From positions 608,001 to 672,000 of the forward strand of contig CAXXHG010000043.1 of NCBI GenBank assembly GCA_963666315.2: a DNA stretch of 64,000 nt. The letters run 5' to 3'. Positions 1 through 11,014 of this stretch are shown here, one piece after another (within the stretch, counting starts at the first letter, position 1; the number at the start of each line of letters is the position of its first letter). This DNA comes from Candidatus Binatia bacterium. GTDB taxonomy: Bacteria > Desulfobacterota > Binatia > Bin18. The position numbers were made by a program, and so were the translations under genes. The notes below the pieces were generated by a model, which saw only the letters and a program-made list of their open reading frames with translations, did no database searches and was not told the origin of the DNA.

Positions 1-192
1 GGCATAGCCCCGCAAGACCTGCCGCACATCTTTGAACGTTTCTATAGTGGAGAAAAATCACGCTCTCGAGAACACGCTGGGACCGGCATTGGCTTGGCTA
101 TTGTCAAAGAAGTTATCGAAGCCCATGGCGGAACGGTTGGCGCGGACAGTTCGTCCCAAGAGACACGGGTTTGGTTTACCCTTCCCCTCTGA
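1..192 (+). CDS. Sensor histidine kinase, C-terminal HATPase_c fragment (5' end outside window)
   Basis: Frame 1 reads GIAPQDLPHIFERFY...GTGIGLAIVKEVIEAHGGTV...FTLPL*, with F and G2 boxes of an OmpR-partner (BaeS/CpxA-like) kinase; absent from the ORF track. Confidence 0.9.
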   Translation, partial: GIAPQDLPHIFERFYSGEKSRSREHAGTGIGLAIVKEVIEAHGGTVGADSSSQETRVWFTLPL

Positions 193-202
193 TCTGTTTC
201 GA

Positions 203-242
203 TCTTTACTGAATCTTTACATTTTCTTTATCTGCGCTTTAC
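203..242. promoter_or_regulatory. Four direct repeats (T/G)CTTTA(C/T) at exact 11-bp period; likely OmpR/PhoB-family binding site
   Basis: TCTTTAC 203-209, TCTTTAC 214-220, TCTTTAT 225-231, GCTTTAC 236-242, between the kinase and the ECF sigma gene. Confidence 0.65.
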
Positions 243-303
243 ACACGCCTTCTATGCTTTCTCATGCCGGGCATGTCCAGCATGAGAGCAACAGGAGGAA
301 GCC

Positions 304-924
304 ATGCCACGTGTGCAAAAACGGTGCAGAGTGAAAACAGGACAGAACGAGGCCCTCCTCGCCGGCTGACGAGCCCGGGATAAATCCGCCTTTGAACAGC
401 TTGTGCGTCGTTATTCTGATAGACTTCTAGCCGTCACGCGGCGCTATCTGCGCAATGAGGACGATGCGCAGGATGCGCTCCAAGATACGTTTCTGTCGGT
501 TTTTCGCGTGATCGATCAGTTTGAGGGCAATGCCCAGCTCTCGACCTGGCTCTACCGTATTGCCAGCAATGCCGCTCTCATGAAACTGCGGACGCGTCGG
601 CGTCGGCCAGAGGAGCCGATCGATACGCACGGTAGCGAAGCATTTACATACGGGACGTATCTGGACGATGAAGCTCGCTGGAAAGAACCCGTCGACGTGT
701 TGACTCAGCGTCAGGAGACACGTTCCTTTGTGCACGATCGTATTACCCTTCTGCCTGAGCTGTATCGGACTGCGCTTGTTCTGCGCGATATCCATGAATT
801 CAATACGCAAGAAGTAGCGGATCGTCTCGGGGTAAGTCCAAACGCCGCCAAACTCCGCGTTCACCGGGCCCGCCGAGCCCTGCGCGGCGTTGTCCAAACA
901 CGGCTGGCTGAATGTCCTCTGTAG
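304..924 (+). pseudogene. ECF (RpoE/SigW-like) sigma-70 factor with in-frame TGA at codon 22
   Basis: AGGAGG RBS then ATG 304; EALLAG*RARDKSAFEQLVRRYSDRL is in frame with the 403 ORF; region 2 (DAQDALQDTFL, STWLYRIA) and region 4 (EVADRLGVS..AKLRVHRARRAL) intact. Confidence 0.8.
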
Positions 925-1427
925 TCCCGTCTATTTAAGTCCCGTCTGTTTACGTGCAAGCTTGGCTCTGAAGCCTCGTGCTGGTAAGATCATTCAACCA
1001 GCAACCGAAGTGGGTCATAAAACAGCGTCCGGGCAGGGATCTTGACTTTGAGGGTCGAGAAACCGGTGTCAAGAAATTGACGTTGAAGCATAAAGATCTT
1101 TTCCTTCCTCTTTCCGAACTGCCGCCGACCTTGATCCATAACCGATTGTACGAATTAGGTATTTTGGTTGCTTCGGCTTACGACAGGCCTCGGCATAAGG
1201 ATTGCCCATTGCAGATTGCCGCTAGGATAAAAATGTCTCGTAAGGTGACGAATAGGACGAGAGCATATGGCTAGATCATGTTTGCTGACTCAAAAGTAGC
1301 TATGCTAGAAGAGAGGTGGGGTGGTTCATAAAGCTGATACTGGAGTATCAATGAGGTATTGTGGTATTGATCTGTTCATGTCTTATTCACGACGAACGAG
1401 TTCCACGTGAGAACGACGAGGGATGTT

Positions 1428-4325
1428 ATGGAAAATCCATTAGTTGCCGTCCGAAAATTTGGCCAAAGTATTTGGTACGATAATATCCGCCGCAGTCTTA
1501 TTACTTCTGGCGATCTGAAAGCCATGGTTGATCATGACGGATTGCTCGGCATGACGTCGAATCCGGCTATTTTTGAGAAAGCGCTGACCGGAAGCGATGA
1601 TTATGACCAGCCTATGCGAGCTCTGGTTGAACAGGGCGTGGGCTCAGCGTTGGACGTGTATGAACGGTTGGCAATCCAGGACATTCAGATGGCCGCTGAC
1701 GTGCTGTCCGACGTGTACCGGAAAACAGAGGGCAAAGACGGGTATGTGAGTCTTGAAGTCTCCCCCTATCTTGCCCATGACACTGACGGGACACTTGAAG
1801 AGGCGCGCCGCCTGCACAAAATGGTTGACCGAGCTAACGTCATGATTAAGGTGCCGGCAACCAAGGCCGGTGTGCCCGCCATCGCTCAGCTCATTGGCGA
1901 AGGGATCAATATCAATGTGACCCTCCTATTCGCAGTGGAAGCGTATGAAGCCGTTGCCGATGCGTATCTGACTGGGTTGGAGAAATTGGCGGCGAACGGT
2001 GGTGATCTGCGCAAGGTCTCCAGTGTGGCCAGTTTTTTTATCAGCCGGATTGACGCCCTCGTTGATGAAAAGCTGGGTCAGGCCGTTGAGGCCGCACATG
2101 ATCCTGAGCAAAAGGCAAAGATTGAGGGTTTGCTCGGCAAAGTGGCGATTGCCAACGCAAAAATTGCGTATGCAGTCTATAAGGACCTCACAGCCGGCGA
2201 GCGTTGGAAGGCGCTCGAAGCCCAGGGTGCCCGGCCACAACGTCTGTTATGGGCTAGCACGAGTACGAAAAACCCAAGCTACCCGAAGACGATGTATGTC
2301 GATGAGCTGATTGGCCCAGACACGGTCAATACAATGCCGGGTGAGACATTCGAGGCCTTCCGCGATGTGGGCCGGCCTGAGTCGAGACTCACGAATAATT
2401 GGCCGGAAAATCTAGCCGGCGCGCGTACGATTATCCAAACCCTGGCCGACGTCGATGTTTCTCTTGAGCAGGCCACCGAGCAGCTTCTGGGCGAAGCCGT
2501 ACGCAAATTCGTTGAACCGTTTGACGCATTGCTCAGTTCGATTGAACGGAAACGACAAACCATATTGGGCGCAGATCTGGCCCAGCAGACGTATAGTCTC
2601 AATAGCGCTTCCGATCTGGTTGCCGCCAGCCTGGAAGACTGGCGGGCGAGTGGCAAGGTCCGTCGATTGTGGCAGGGTGATACGGCCTTGTGGTCCAGTA
2701 CGGATGAGGATCAATGGCTAGGCTGGCTGCATATTGTTGATGAGCAACGCAGTAACGGACATCATCTCACCCAGATTGCGCAGCTTGCGAAAGAGATACA
2801 GCAAAGTGATTTTCAGCACGTACTGCTGCTCGGCATGGGCGGCTCCAGTCTGTGTCCCGAGGTCATGAAACGGACCTTCGGGGTTATCGACGGGTGTCCT
2901 GAACTCCTGGTCCTGGACTCGACCGTGCCGGCTCAGGTCGAGACGGTTACGCGAAAGATAGACCCGAGTAAGACGCTGTTTATCGTATCCTCAAAATCCG
3001 GCGGCACCACAGAGCCGAATGTCTTCAAACAATACTTTTTTGACAAAGTCCGCCAGGCCATAGGCGCGGACCAAGCCGGCTCTCGGTTTATCGCCATTAC
3101 CGATCCGGGCAGCGCACTCCAGCAGTTGGCAGAACGGGATCAGTTCCGGACGGTCTTTCCTGGCGTGCCGAGCATCGGTGGACGGTATTCGGCGCTGTCG
3201 AATTTCGGCATGATCCCAGCTGCGGTTATGGGCGTAGATGTGTCTCGTTTTCTGGACAGCACTGCCCTGATGGTACAGTCGTGTTCAGCCAGCGTTCCGC
3301 CCGAGGTCAACCCTGGTGTTACCTTGGGGGCTATTATGGGCACTCTGGCTAAGCAAGGCCACGACAAGGTGACCATTATCACGTCTCCAGGCATTCGTGG
3401 CCTGGCTGCGTGGCTGGAACAGCTCATTGCGGAATCGACAGGCAAAGAAGGCACGGGACTGATTCCTATTGACGACGAGAAGATAGGCTCGCCCGCTGTC
3501 TATGGTAACGACCGGTTGTTTGTCTACATCCGGCTCAATTTCGCTCCATCTTCATCGGCTGAGCAAGCTGAGCAAGCTGAACAGGACGCCGCAGTTGCGG
3601 CCCTCGAAAAATCTGGCCAGCCTATTGTCCGGATTAGCTTAGAGGAAATCATGGACCTCGGCCAAGAGTTCTTCCGCTGGGAGATGGCGACAGCTGTGGC
3701 CGGTTCCATTTTCGGCATTAATGCCTTTAACCAGCCAGATGTGGAAGCGAGTAAGAACGCAACGCGCAAGCTGACTGCAGCCTATGAAGAGACGGGCCAG
3801 CTGCCGGACGAAACGCCGTTTGTGGAAGACCGAGGGCTGCGTTTCTTCTCAGATCCGAAGAACGTTGCTGCCTTGCAAGCCGCCGCTTCGGGTCACGATG
3901 CCGTCGCCTGTCTTGCCGCGCATCTTGGACGCATTCAGGCTGGCGACTATTTTGGGATCAATGCCTATGTAGAGATGAACGAGCCGAATCAGCAAGAGTT
4001 GCAGGCCATCCGTCATCTTATACGAGACACAAAGCAAGTCGCTACTACTTTAGGTTATGGGCCACGCTTCTTGCATTCCACTGGCCAGCTCCATAAGGGT
4101 GGGCCGAACACCGGGGTTTTTCTGCAGATTACATCAGACGATGCTCAAGACCTGTCCATTCCCGGTCAACGCTACAGTTTTGGTACCCTGAAACGGTTCC
4201 AGGCTCAGGGAGACTTTGAGGTCCTGGCCGAACGTGGCCGACGCGCGCTGCGCGTGCATTTGGGAGCAGATGTACAGGCCGGTCTGCAAACCTTGCGAGA
4301 GGCCATCGCCAGTATCCTCGCGTGA
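1428..4325 (+). CDS. tal-pgi: Bifunctional transaldolase / glucose-6-phosphate isomerase
   Basis: N-half: GMTSNPAIF, VMIKVPAT, NVTLLF, LWASTSTKNP (transaldolase). C-half: GMGGSSL, VSSKSGGTTE, GGRYSALS, FNQPDVE (PGI). Confidence 0.95.
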   Translation: MENPLVAVRKFGQSIWYDNIRRSLITSGDLKAMVDHDGLLGMTSNPAIFEKALTGSDDYDQPMRALVEQGVGSALDVYERLAIQDIQMAADVLSDVYRKTEGKDGYVSLEVSPYLAHDTDGTLEEARRLHKMVDRANVMIKVPATKAGVPAIAQLIGEGININVTLLFAVEAYEAVADAYLTGLEKLAANGGDLRKVSSVASFFISRIDALVDEKLGQAVEAAHDPEQKAKIEGLLGKVAIANAKIAYAVYKDLTAGERWKALEAQGARPQRLLWASTSTKNPSYPKTMYVDELIGPDTVNTMPGETFEAFRDVGRPESRLTNNWPENLAGARTIIQTLADVDVSLEQATEQLLGEAVRKFVEPFDALLSSIERKRQTILGADLAQQTYSLNSASDLVAASLEDWRASGKVRRLWQGDTALWSSTDEDQWLGWLHIVDEQRSNGHHLTQIAQLAKEIQQSDFQHVLLLGMGGSSLCPEVMKRTFGVIDGCPELLVLDSTVPAQVETVTRKIDPSKTLFIVSSKSGGTTEPNVFKQYFFDKVRQAIGADQAGSRFIAITDPGSALQQLAERDQFRTVFPGVPSIGGRYSALSNFGMIPAAVMGVDVSRFLDSTALMVQSCSASVPPEVNPGVTLGAIMGTLAKQGHDKVTIITSPGIRGLAAWLEQLIAESTGKEGTGLIPIDDEKIGSPAVYGNDRLFVYIRLNFAPSSSAEQAEQAEQDAAVAALEKSGQPIVRISLEEIMDLGQEFFRWEMATAVAGSIFGINAFNQPDVEASKNATRKLTAAYEETGQLPDETPFVEDRGLRFFSDPKNVAALQAAASGHDAVACLAAHLGRIQAGDYFGINAYVEMNEPNQQELQAIRHLIRDTKQVATTLGYGPRFLHSTGQLHKGGPNTGVFLQITSDDAQDLSIPGQRYSFGTLKRFQAQGDFEVLAERGRRALRVHLGADVQAGLQTLREAIASILA

Positions 4326-4388
4326 GACGACATCGTCGGTGCGCCGACTGTGTCGGCGCACCGACGTAAGGATCGGAAAGGATTCCGT

Positions 4389-6464
4389 ATGACCGAGCAA
4401 GAGCGTACTGAACTGACTAGTATCAACACGATACGAACACTGGCCATGGACGCCGTCCAAGCCGCAAATTCCGGCCATCCAGGAACAGCCATGGCCCTGG
4501 CTCCCGTTGTTTATTGCCTGTGGCAACGCTTTTTGCGTTTTGATCCAACTGATCCGATTTGGCCGAATCGGGACCGCTTTGTCTTATCTATTGGGCATGC
4601 CTCTATGCTGCTGTACTCCATGCTGCACCTGTGTGGAGTCAAAGCCGTCAATCCGAAGTACGAAACGCTGGGAGAGCCCTCGGTTCCACTCGATGATATT
4701 AAGCGGTTTCGCCAGCTCGACAGCCGATGTCCCGGACACCCGGAATACCGCTGGACTTCTGGTGTTGAGACCACGACCGGTCCGTTGGGCCAGGGCGTGG
4801 CCACCAGTGTTGGGATGGCCATAGCAAGCAAGTGGCAGGCGGCCTATTTCAATCGGCCGAACTTTGCCATGTTCGATTATAACGTCTACGCTATATGCGG
4901 TGATGGCTGCATGATGGAAGGCGTCACTGGAGAGGCCGCATCGCTGGCCGGACATCTCAAACTGTCCAACCTATGCTGGATCTACGATAATAATAAAATC
5001 ACCATCGAAGGGCATACGGACTGGACGTTTAGTGAGGACGTGGCCACCCGCTTTATTGGTTATGGCTGGAATGTGACCCGGGTCGGTGACGCCAATGACC
5101 TCGACATGCTGGAGCGTGCGTTCCATACGTTTGAAAATACTACTGACCGCCCAACCCTGATTATTGTTGATAGCCACATTGCCTATGGGTCACCCAATAA
5201 ACAGGACACGCATGCTGCCCACGGTGCCCCGCTGGGTGACGACGAGATCAAGCTGACCAAGCGTAACTACGGCTGGCCTGAAGACGAAAAATTTCTCGTC
5301 CCAGACGAAGTATACACCCACTTCCAAAATGGGGTGGGCAGCCGTGGCCAAAACTTACGCGAAGCGTGGATGGCCATATTCGAGGATTATAGGAAGACCT
5401 ACCCCCAGCTTGCGAGCTATCTGTATAAGATGCAACACCGTGAATTACCGGATGGTTGGGACCAGGATATCCCCTCCTTCCCGGCTGATTCCAAAGGCCT
5501 CGCCGGGCGAGCAGCCTCGGGTCAGGTGCTCAACGCTGTGGCAAAAAATATCCCGTGGTTGGTTGGGGGAGCAGCCGACCTGGCACCGTCAACCAACACA
5601 AGGCTGACCTTTGACGAGGCTGGGGATTTTACGGCTGAGCATCGGAGTGGGCGCAACTTCCACTTCGGCGTCCGCGAACACGCCATGGGGTCGATCCTGA
5701 ACGGGCTGTCCCTGTCAAAAATCCGTCCATATGGATCCGGCTTCATGATCTTTAGTGATTATGCGCGGCCGGCCATCCGACTCAGCGCGCTCATGGAGTT
5801 GCCGACGATCGCTGTTTTTACCCACGACTCCATTGGCGTTGGGGAAGACGGGCCAACGCATCAACCCATTGAGCAGCTTGCCTCACTTCGGGCCATCCCG
5901 GGCTTGATTACCCTGCGTCCGGCGGACGCAAACGAAGTTGCCGAAGCCTGGCGATTAATCATGCAGCTCAAGCATGAACCCGTTGCCCTCATCCTGTCCC
6001 GACAGGCGCTGCCGACGCTTGATCGTGAGAAATACAAGCCAGCCTCTGGCCTGACAAAAGGGGCGTATATTCTGGCCGATACCCCGGACAACAAACCCGA
6101 TATTCTCCTGCTTGCCACCGGCAGCGAGGTGGCGCTGTGTGTCCAGGCCTATGAACAGCTCACGGCAGAGGGTATAAAAGCGCGCGTTGTGAGTATGCCG
6201 TCATGGGAGCTGTTTGAGCAGCAGGACCAGGCCTATCGAGACGGTGTCATTCCGCCCGATGTCACTGCCCGCATTAGTGTTGAGCAAGCGGGTACCTTTG
6301 GCTGGCATCGTTATGTTGGACCGGCGGGCAGGACCATAGGCATGCAAACGTTCGGAGCGTCTGCTCCGCTGAAAGAACTCCAAAAGAGGTTTGGTTTTAC
6401 TGCGGAGAACCTGGTTGCCACGGCTAAAGATCTGGTAGCAAAGCAGGCTGGCGGATCTGCATAA
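4389..6464 (+). CDS. tkt: Transketolase
   Basis: ANSGHPG, NRDRFVLSIGH, TTGPLGQG, GDGCMMEG, THDSIGVGEDGPTHQP. Confidence 0.97.
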   Translation: MTEQERTELTSINTIRTLAMDAVQAANSGHPGTAMALAPVVYCLWQRFLRFDPTDPIWPNRDRFVLSIGHASMLLYSMLHLCGVKAVNPKYETLGEPSVPLDDIKRFRQLDSRCPGHPEYRWTSGVETTTGPLGQGVATSVGMAIASKWQAAYFNRPNFAMFDYNVYAICGDGCMMEGVTGEAASLAGHLKLSNLCWIYDNNKITIEGHTDWTFSEDVATRFIGYGWNVTRVGDANDLDMLERAFHTFENTTDRPTLIIVDSHIAYGSPNKQDTHAAHGAPLGDDEIKLTKRNYGWPEDEKFLVPDEVYTHFQNGVGSRGQNLREAWMAIFEDYRKTYPQLASYLYKMQHRELPDGWDQDIPSFPADSKGLAGRAASGQVLNAVAKNIPWLVGGAADLAPSTNTRLTFDEAGDFTAEHRSGRNFHFGVREHAMGSILNGLSLSKIRPYGSGFMIFSDYARPAIRLSALMELPTIAVFTHDSIGVGEDGPTHQPIEQLASLRAIPGLITLRPADANEVAEAWRLIMQLKHEPVALILSRQALPTLDREKYKPASGLTKGAYILADTPDNKPDILLLATGSEVALCVQAYEQLTAEGIKARVVSMPSWELFEQQDQAYRDGVIPPDVTARISVEQAGTFGWHRYVGPAGRTIGMQTFGASAPLKELQKRFGFTAENLVATAKDLVAKQAGGSA

Positions 6465-6488
6465 GCAGCGCTGTGCCTGGCGAGTAAC

Positions 6489-7157
6489 ATGACTCTAGCC
6501 GAGCGCGCACTCGAATTTGTGAAAGACGGTGATGTGGTTGGACTCGGTACGGGCCGGGCGGCAACTGCCTTTGTCCGCGCCCTCGGTATACAAGTCCAGG
6601 CTGGTTTGCAGATTCGCGCTATTCCGACCTCTCAGGTGACCACAGACTTAGCCCGGGAACTTTGCATTCCGCTGACCACATTTGAGTTTGTCGACACGAT
6701 CGACGTTGCCGTGGATGGGGCTGATGAAGTCGATCCGCAACTCAACCTCATAAAGGGCTATGGCGGTGCGCTGGTGCGCGAAAAAATCGTCGCAGTAGCG
6801 GCGAAGCAATTTGTTGTTCTGGTTGGAACAGAAAAACTGGTCTCTGTTCTGGGCGGGCGGGGCAGACTGCCGGTTGAGGTTGTCCCATTTGGAGTGGCAA
6901 CCTGCCTGCGACGTCTGCGCACTTTATCCTGCGCGCCCACTGCACGCCAAACCGAAACCGGACTGTTTGTGTCCGACAACGGCAATGCCATCATTGATTG
7001 TGAAATCAGTAGCATTGCAAATCCAGCCCAGTTCGAACAGAAAATCCTGTCGATTCCCGGCGTCGTTGGTACTGGACTGTTTGTCGGCATGGCGCATACC
7101 GTCCTTGTCCAGGATGGGGAAACCGTCCAGGTGCGAGAACGCAACCAACTAGGATAA
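6489..7157 (+). CDS. rpiA: Ribose-5-phosphate isomerase A
   Basis: GLGTG, DGADEVD, IKGYGGALVREK. Confidence 0.95.
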   Translation: MTLAERALEFVKDGDVVGLGTGRAATAFVRALGIQVQAGLQIRAIPTSQVTTDLARELCIPLTTFEFVDTIDVAVDGADEVDPQLNLIKGYGGALVREKIVAVAAKQFVVLVGTEKLVSVLGGRGRLPVEVVPFGVATCLRRLRTLSCAPTARQTETGLFVSDNGNAIIDCEISSIANPAQFEQKILSIPGVVGTGLFVGMAHTVLVQDGETVQVRERNQLG

Positions 7158-7267
7158 CGACAGAGCCCTGACTATCGAGAGAATAGACACATGCACATAG
7201 TGCAAAGAGGCGGGAGCACGATATGGCAGCGCTTCCGTGTAACTGCCGACTGAGAGGAGTCCGTGTT

Positions 7268-8245
7268 ATGCAACTGGGTATGATTGGTTTAGGCCGTATG
7301 GGAGGAAACATGGTGCGCCGGCTGATACGCGGCGGGCATGAGTGTGTTGTATATGCAAGAAACCCGGACAGTGTCAAACAGTTTGAACAGGAGGGCGCTA
7401 GCGGTGCCTCTTCGCTGGAAGACTTTGTGCAGAAACTGACTCCACCACGAGCCGCTTGGGTGATGATTCCTGCCGGCGCCGCGACGGATAAAACCGTGGG
7501 CGCACTTGCTGAGAAAATGGACGCGGGCGACATCATTATTGATGGTGGCAACTCCAACTTTAAAGATGACATCCGGCGTGCCAAAGAACTGCGCCCCAAA
7601 GGCATCCATTACGTTGACACTGGTACAAGCGGGGGGGTGTGGGGTATGGAGCGCGGATATTGCCTCATGATCGGCGGCGACAAAGAGTCGGTGCAACGGC
7701 TTGATCCCATTTTTCGGACGCTCGCACCCGGCGAAGGTGATATCCCCAAGACGCCTGGCCGTGAGAATATGAAGGGGACAGCCGAGGACGGCTATCTGCA
7801 CTGTGGTTCGGCTGGCGCCGGTCATTTTGTCAAAATGATCCATAACGGCATTGAGTATGGACTGATGCAAGCCTATGCCGAGGGCTTTGACATTCTGCGT
7901 GGTGCGAGTGCCGAAGGATTAGAATATCAGTACGGGTTGAATTTACCGGATATCGCGGAATTGTGGCGCCGGGGCAGCGTAGTCGGATCGTGGTTGCTAG
8001 ACTTGACGGCCATGGCGCTTGCCGAAAGTCCGGAGTTGGCAGACTTCTCTGGCGAGGTCCAAGATTCCGGTGAGGGCCGCTGGACGGTTGAAGCGGCGAT
8101 TGAGGAAGCTGTGCCGGCTGATGTCCTGTCTGCAGCGTTGTACACGCGTTTTCGCTCGCGACAGTCCCACACCTTTGCCGAAAAAGTCCTGTCGGCCATG
8201 CGGTTTAAGTTTGGCGGACACGTAGAGCCGCCTAAGGCGGGCTAG
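7268..8245 (+). CDS. gnd: 6-phosphogluconate dehydrogenase, decarboxylating (short YqeC-type)
   Basis: [43 protein letters not shown]. Confidence 0.95.
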   Translation: MQLGMIGLGRMGGNMVRRLIRGGHECVVYARNPDSVKQFEQEGASGASSLEDFVQKLTPPRAAWVMIPAGAATDKTVGALAEKMDAGDIIIDGGNSNFKDDIRRAKELRPKGIHYVDTGTSGGVWGMERGYCLMIGGDKESVQRLDPIFRTLAPGEGDIPKTPGRENMKGTAEDGYLHCGSAGAGHFVKMIHNGIEYGLMQAYAEGFDILRGASAEGLEYQYGLNLPDIAELWRRGSVVGSWLLDLTAMALAESPELADFSGEVQDSGEGRWTVEAAIEEAVPADVLSAALYTRFRSRQSHTFAEKVLSAMRFKFGGHVEPPKAG

Positions 8246-8318
8246 CATCCTGCTCGTTCTGTCCTTGACGGATGCCTCCACTTCAACCGCTACGAGCAAA
8301 TAACGAGGATACCGCAGT

Positions 8319-9953
8319 ATGGATATGGAGACGGGAGTGAAAGCTAAAGTTCATGTGACCAGTAAGAGTAATGGAGATCCTGGCTCTGAACTTTTTCGAG
8401 CCAAAGATCCTTTTACCTTGGTCATTTTTGGCGCGTCCGGCGACTTGAGCCGCCGAAAATTGATCCCCGCCCTCTACCATTTGAACGCGACAGGCTATTT
8501 GCCTGACCGCTACGCGGTGGTCGGCTTCTCCCGGACAGAGATGACGGATGATGCCTACCGCGACACCATGCTCGGGGCGCTCCAGGAGCACGTTGACGCC
8601 GGCTCCAGCGCCGTGCAAGCGGATAATGCCTTAGTCCAATCGCTATACTACCATCCAGGCAACAACGACAATCTGGAATCCTTCACGGCACTCAAAGCGA
8701 AGCTCGACGCGATTGAGGCGGAACGCAACTTGCCCGGTAATCGCCTCTTTTATTTGTCGGTTGCGCCGGAGTTCTTTATCACCGTTATCCGGAATTTATG
8801 CGAAGCCGACCTCATCCGCGACAAAAACGCCGATACCTGGTCTCGCATCATCATCGAAAAACCGTTTGGTCATGATTTGGACAGCGCCCAGACGCTGAAT
8901 ACGGATGTCACGGCGTTACTGGATGAGAGCCAGATTTACCGTATTGACCACTACCTGGGCAAAGAGACGGTTCAGAATATTCTCAGCTTCCGCTTTGGGA
9001 ATTCGATCTTTGAGCCGCTGTTTGATCAAAAATATGTGGACAATGTCCAAATCTCTGTGGCCGAAACCCTGGGCATGGAAGGTCGACGAGGTGCATACTA
9101 CGATACCGCTGGCGCCATGCGGGACATGGTTCAGAACCATATGCTGCAGCTGCTGTGTTTAATTGCTATGGAGCCGCCGTCTGCGTTAGACTCACATTCG
9201 ATCCGAGATGAAAAAGTGAAAGTCTTGCGCGCCCTCATCCCGCTGTCCCGTAAAGAAGTGGCAGCTTCGACGGTCCGTGGTCAGTATGGGGTTGGAGAAA
9301 AAGAGGGTGAGGTGGTGAAGGGCTATCGCCAGGAAGAAGGTGTTGATCCGCACTCGACAACGGAAACCTATGTGGCGCTGCGGACCAAGATCGACAACTG
9401 GCGCTGGGCAGGCGTACCGTTCTTGCTGCGCTCCGGCAAACGGCTGCCTAAGCGTGTGTCCGAAATTGCGGTTGAGTTCAAACAACCGCCTCTGCACCTC
9501 TACCGCCAGCTCACCAACGATGACGATCTTGCACCGCCCAAGCCCAAGTCCAATGTGCTGGTGATGCGCATCCAGCCAGACGAGGGGATCAGCCTGGCCT
9601 TTGCGTGCAAGCGTCCGGGCATGCGGATTCAGCTGGAAGAAGTGAATATGAATTTTTTCTATCATACCTTTCAGCAGCGTTCGCCGGAAGCCTATGAGCG
9701 ACTGCTGCTGGATGCACTCCGCGGTGATGCCTCGCTCTTTACGCGCTCGGACGAGGTGGAGTATGCGTGGCGATTTATTTCGTCCATCCACGAAGGCTGG
9801 GCAAATTTGCCGCCGCCGAAATTTCCGAATTATTATCCTTTTACCGATGGCCCTGATGAAGCCAACCGGTTGCTGGAAGGCAGCCAGGCCGAATGGCGGT
9901 CCTTGAGTGGGAGTCGTTACTCTAAATCTCTCAACGGGATGAGCCCACCATGA
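8319..9953 (+). CDS. zwf: Glucose-6-phosphate 1-dehydrogenase
   Basis: GASGDL, IEKPFG, RIDHYLGKE, RDMVQNH, WRWAGVPF. Confidence 0.97.
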   Translation: MDMETGVKAKVHVTSKSNGDPGSELFRAKDPFTLVIFGASGDLSRRKLIPALYHLNATGYLPDRYAVVGFSRTEMTDDAYRDTMLGALQEHVDAGSSAVQADNALVQSLYYHPGNNDNLESFTALKAKLDAIEAERNLPGNRLFYLSVAPEFFITVIRNLCEADLIRDKNADTWSRIIIEKPFGHDLDSAQTLNTDVTALLDESQIYRIDHYLGKETVQNILSFRFGNSIFEPLFDQKYVDNVQISVAETLGMEGRRGAYYDTAGAMRDMVQNHMLQLLCLIAMEPPSALDSHSIRDEKVKVLRALIPLSRKEVAASTVRGQYGVGEKEGEVVKGYRQEEGVDPHSTTETYVALRTKIDNWRWAGVPFLLRSGKRLPKRVSEIAVEFKQPPLHLYRQLTNDDDLAPPKPKSNVLVMRIQPDEGISLAFACKRPGMRIQLEEVNMNFFYHTFQQRSPEAYERLLLDALRGDASLFTRSDEVEYAWRFISSIHEGWANLPPPKFPNYYPFTDGPDEANRLLEGSQAEWRSLSGSRYSKSLNGMSPP

Positions 9954-10942
9954 CGATCTATGTGCTTGCCGGGGACATTGGTGGAACGAAGACCAATCTC
10001 GCACTCTATGCAGTCGAGGAGCCGCAGCGCGTCGTCCTCGTCCGTGAAGCGTCTTTCCCAAGTGCTGACTATGACGGACTTGAAGGAGTCATCGACGACT
10101 TCCGCCAGGCTGGACAAGAATCGATAGCAGCCGGGGCCTTTGGTATTGCTGGACCCGTACTCGACGGCAAGGTAGTGGCAACGAATCTGCCCTGGGAGGT
10201 GGAGACCCCAAACCTGCGCAAAATATTGGACGGCGGCCAGGTCCGTCTGATGAACGATCTTGAAACCACAGCCTATGGCGCGCTTTTCCTAGCGGACGAA
10301 GAAATTCACATCCTGAATGCGGGCAATCCCAGATGTGGCAACTGTGCAATCATTGCCGCAGGGACCGGCCTTGGTCAAGCCTTTCTCTTTTGGGACGGGC
10401 AACGCTATATTCCTACTGCTACTGAAGGCGGACATGTGGATTTTTCCCCTCGGGACGAAAAAGAAGTCGAACTCCTCCACTTTTTAAAAAAGCAATATAA
10501 TGGCCGGGTGTCCTATGAACGGGTGCTCTCTGGTCCAGGACTTGTCGGTATTTTTCAATTCCTTGACCAAGGTCTCAACCGGTCGACTCGTGCGGAAATT
10601 CGAGCGCGTATGCAGGCTGAAGACCCTGCAGCAGTTATTGGCGAAGCGGGCGTGTCTGGTACCTGTGGCGTCTGTACTGAAGCCGTAGACATGTTTGTGA
10701 GTTTGTATGGTGCCCAGGCCGGAAATCTGGCGCTGACTGTGATGAGCGTTGGTGGCGTATATATTGGCGGTGGTATTGTGACCAAGATGTTATCCAAGAT
10801 GACGTCCGGTCTATTTATGGACGCTTTTGTTGACAAAGGGCGCTTTGCCCAACTCTTACGAGACATGCCGGTTCGCATCATCCTCAACCCCAAAGCCGCC
10901 CAAGTCGGTGCCGCACACGCGGCGCGGGAGTTGCTGAGCTAG
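9950..10942 (+). CDS. glk: Glucokinase
   Basis: AGDIGGTKT, MNDLE, AGTGLG, EGGH, YERVLSGPGL; ATGA overlap with zwf. Confidence 0.95.
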   Translation: MTIYVLAGDIGGTKTNLALYAVEEPQRVVLVREASFPSADYDGLEGVIDDFRQAGQESIAAGAFGIAGPVLDGKVVATNLPWEVETPNLRKILDGGQVRLMNDLETTAYGALFLADEEIHILNAGNPRCGNCAIIAAGTGLGQAFLFWDGQRYIPTATEGGHVDFSPRDEKEVELLHFLKKQYNGRVSYERVLSGPGLVGIFQFLDQGLNRSTRAEIRARMQAEDPAAVIGEAGVSGTCGVCTEAVDMFVSLYGAQAGNLALTVMSVGGVYIGGGIVTKMLSKMTSGLFMDAFVDKGRFAQLLRDMPVRIILNPKAAQVGAAHAARELLS

Positions 10943-11014
10943 GTCCGCGTCGACGAACCCTGTGCTTTTCCGTTGTCCTTCTCAGTTGGGAGGGAGTCTA
11001 GAGGCCCTCAGAAA

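Noticed and set aside
978-1274. 98-aa ORF as a possible anti-sigma factor
   Set aside because: No RBS, no HxxxCxxC motif, no TM segment; probably spurious.
9192-10061. Long antisense ORFs (also 37897-38757, 55131-55916, 57204-58136)
   Set aside because: Shadow frames of well-conserved genes in GC-rich DNA, with no motifs.
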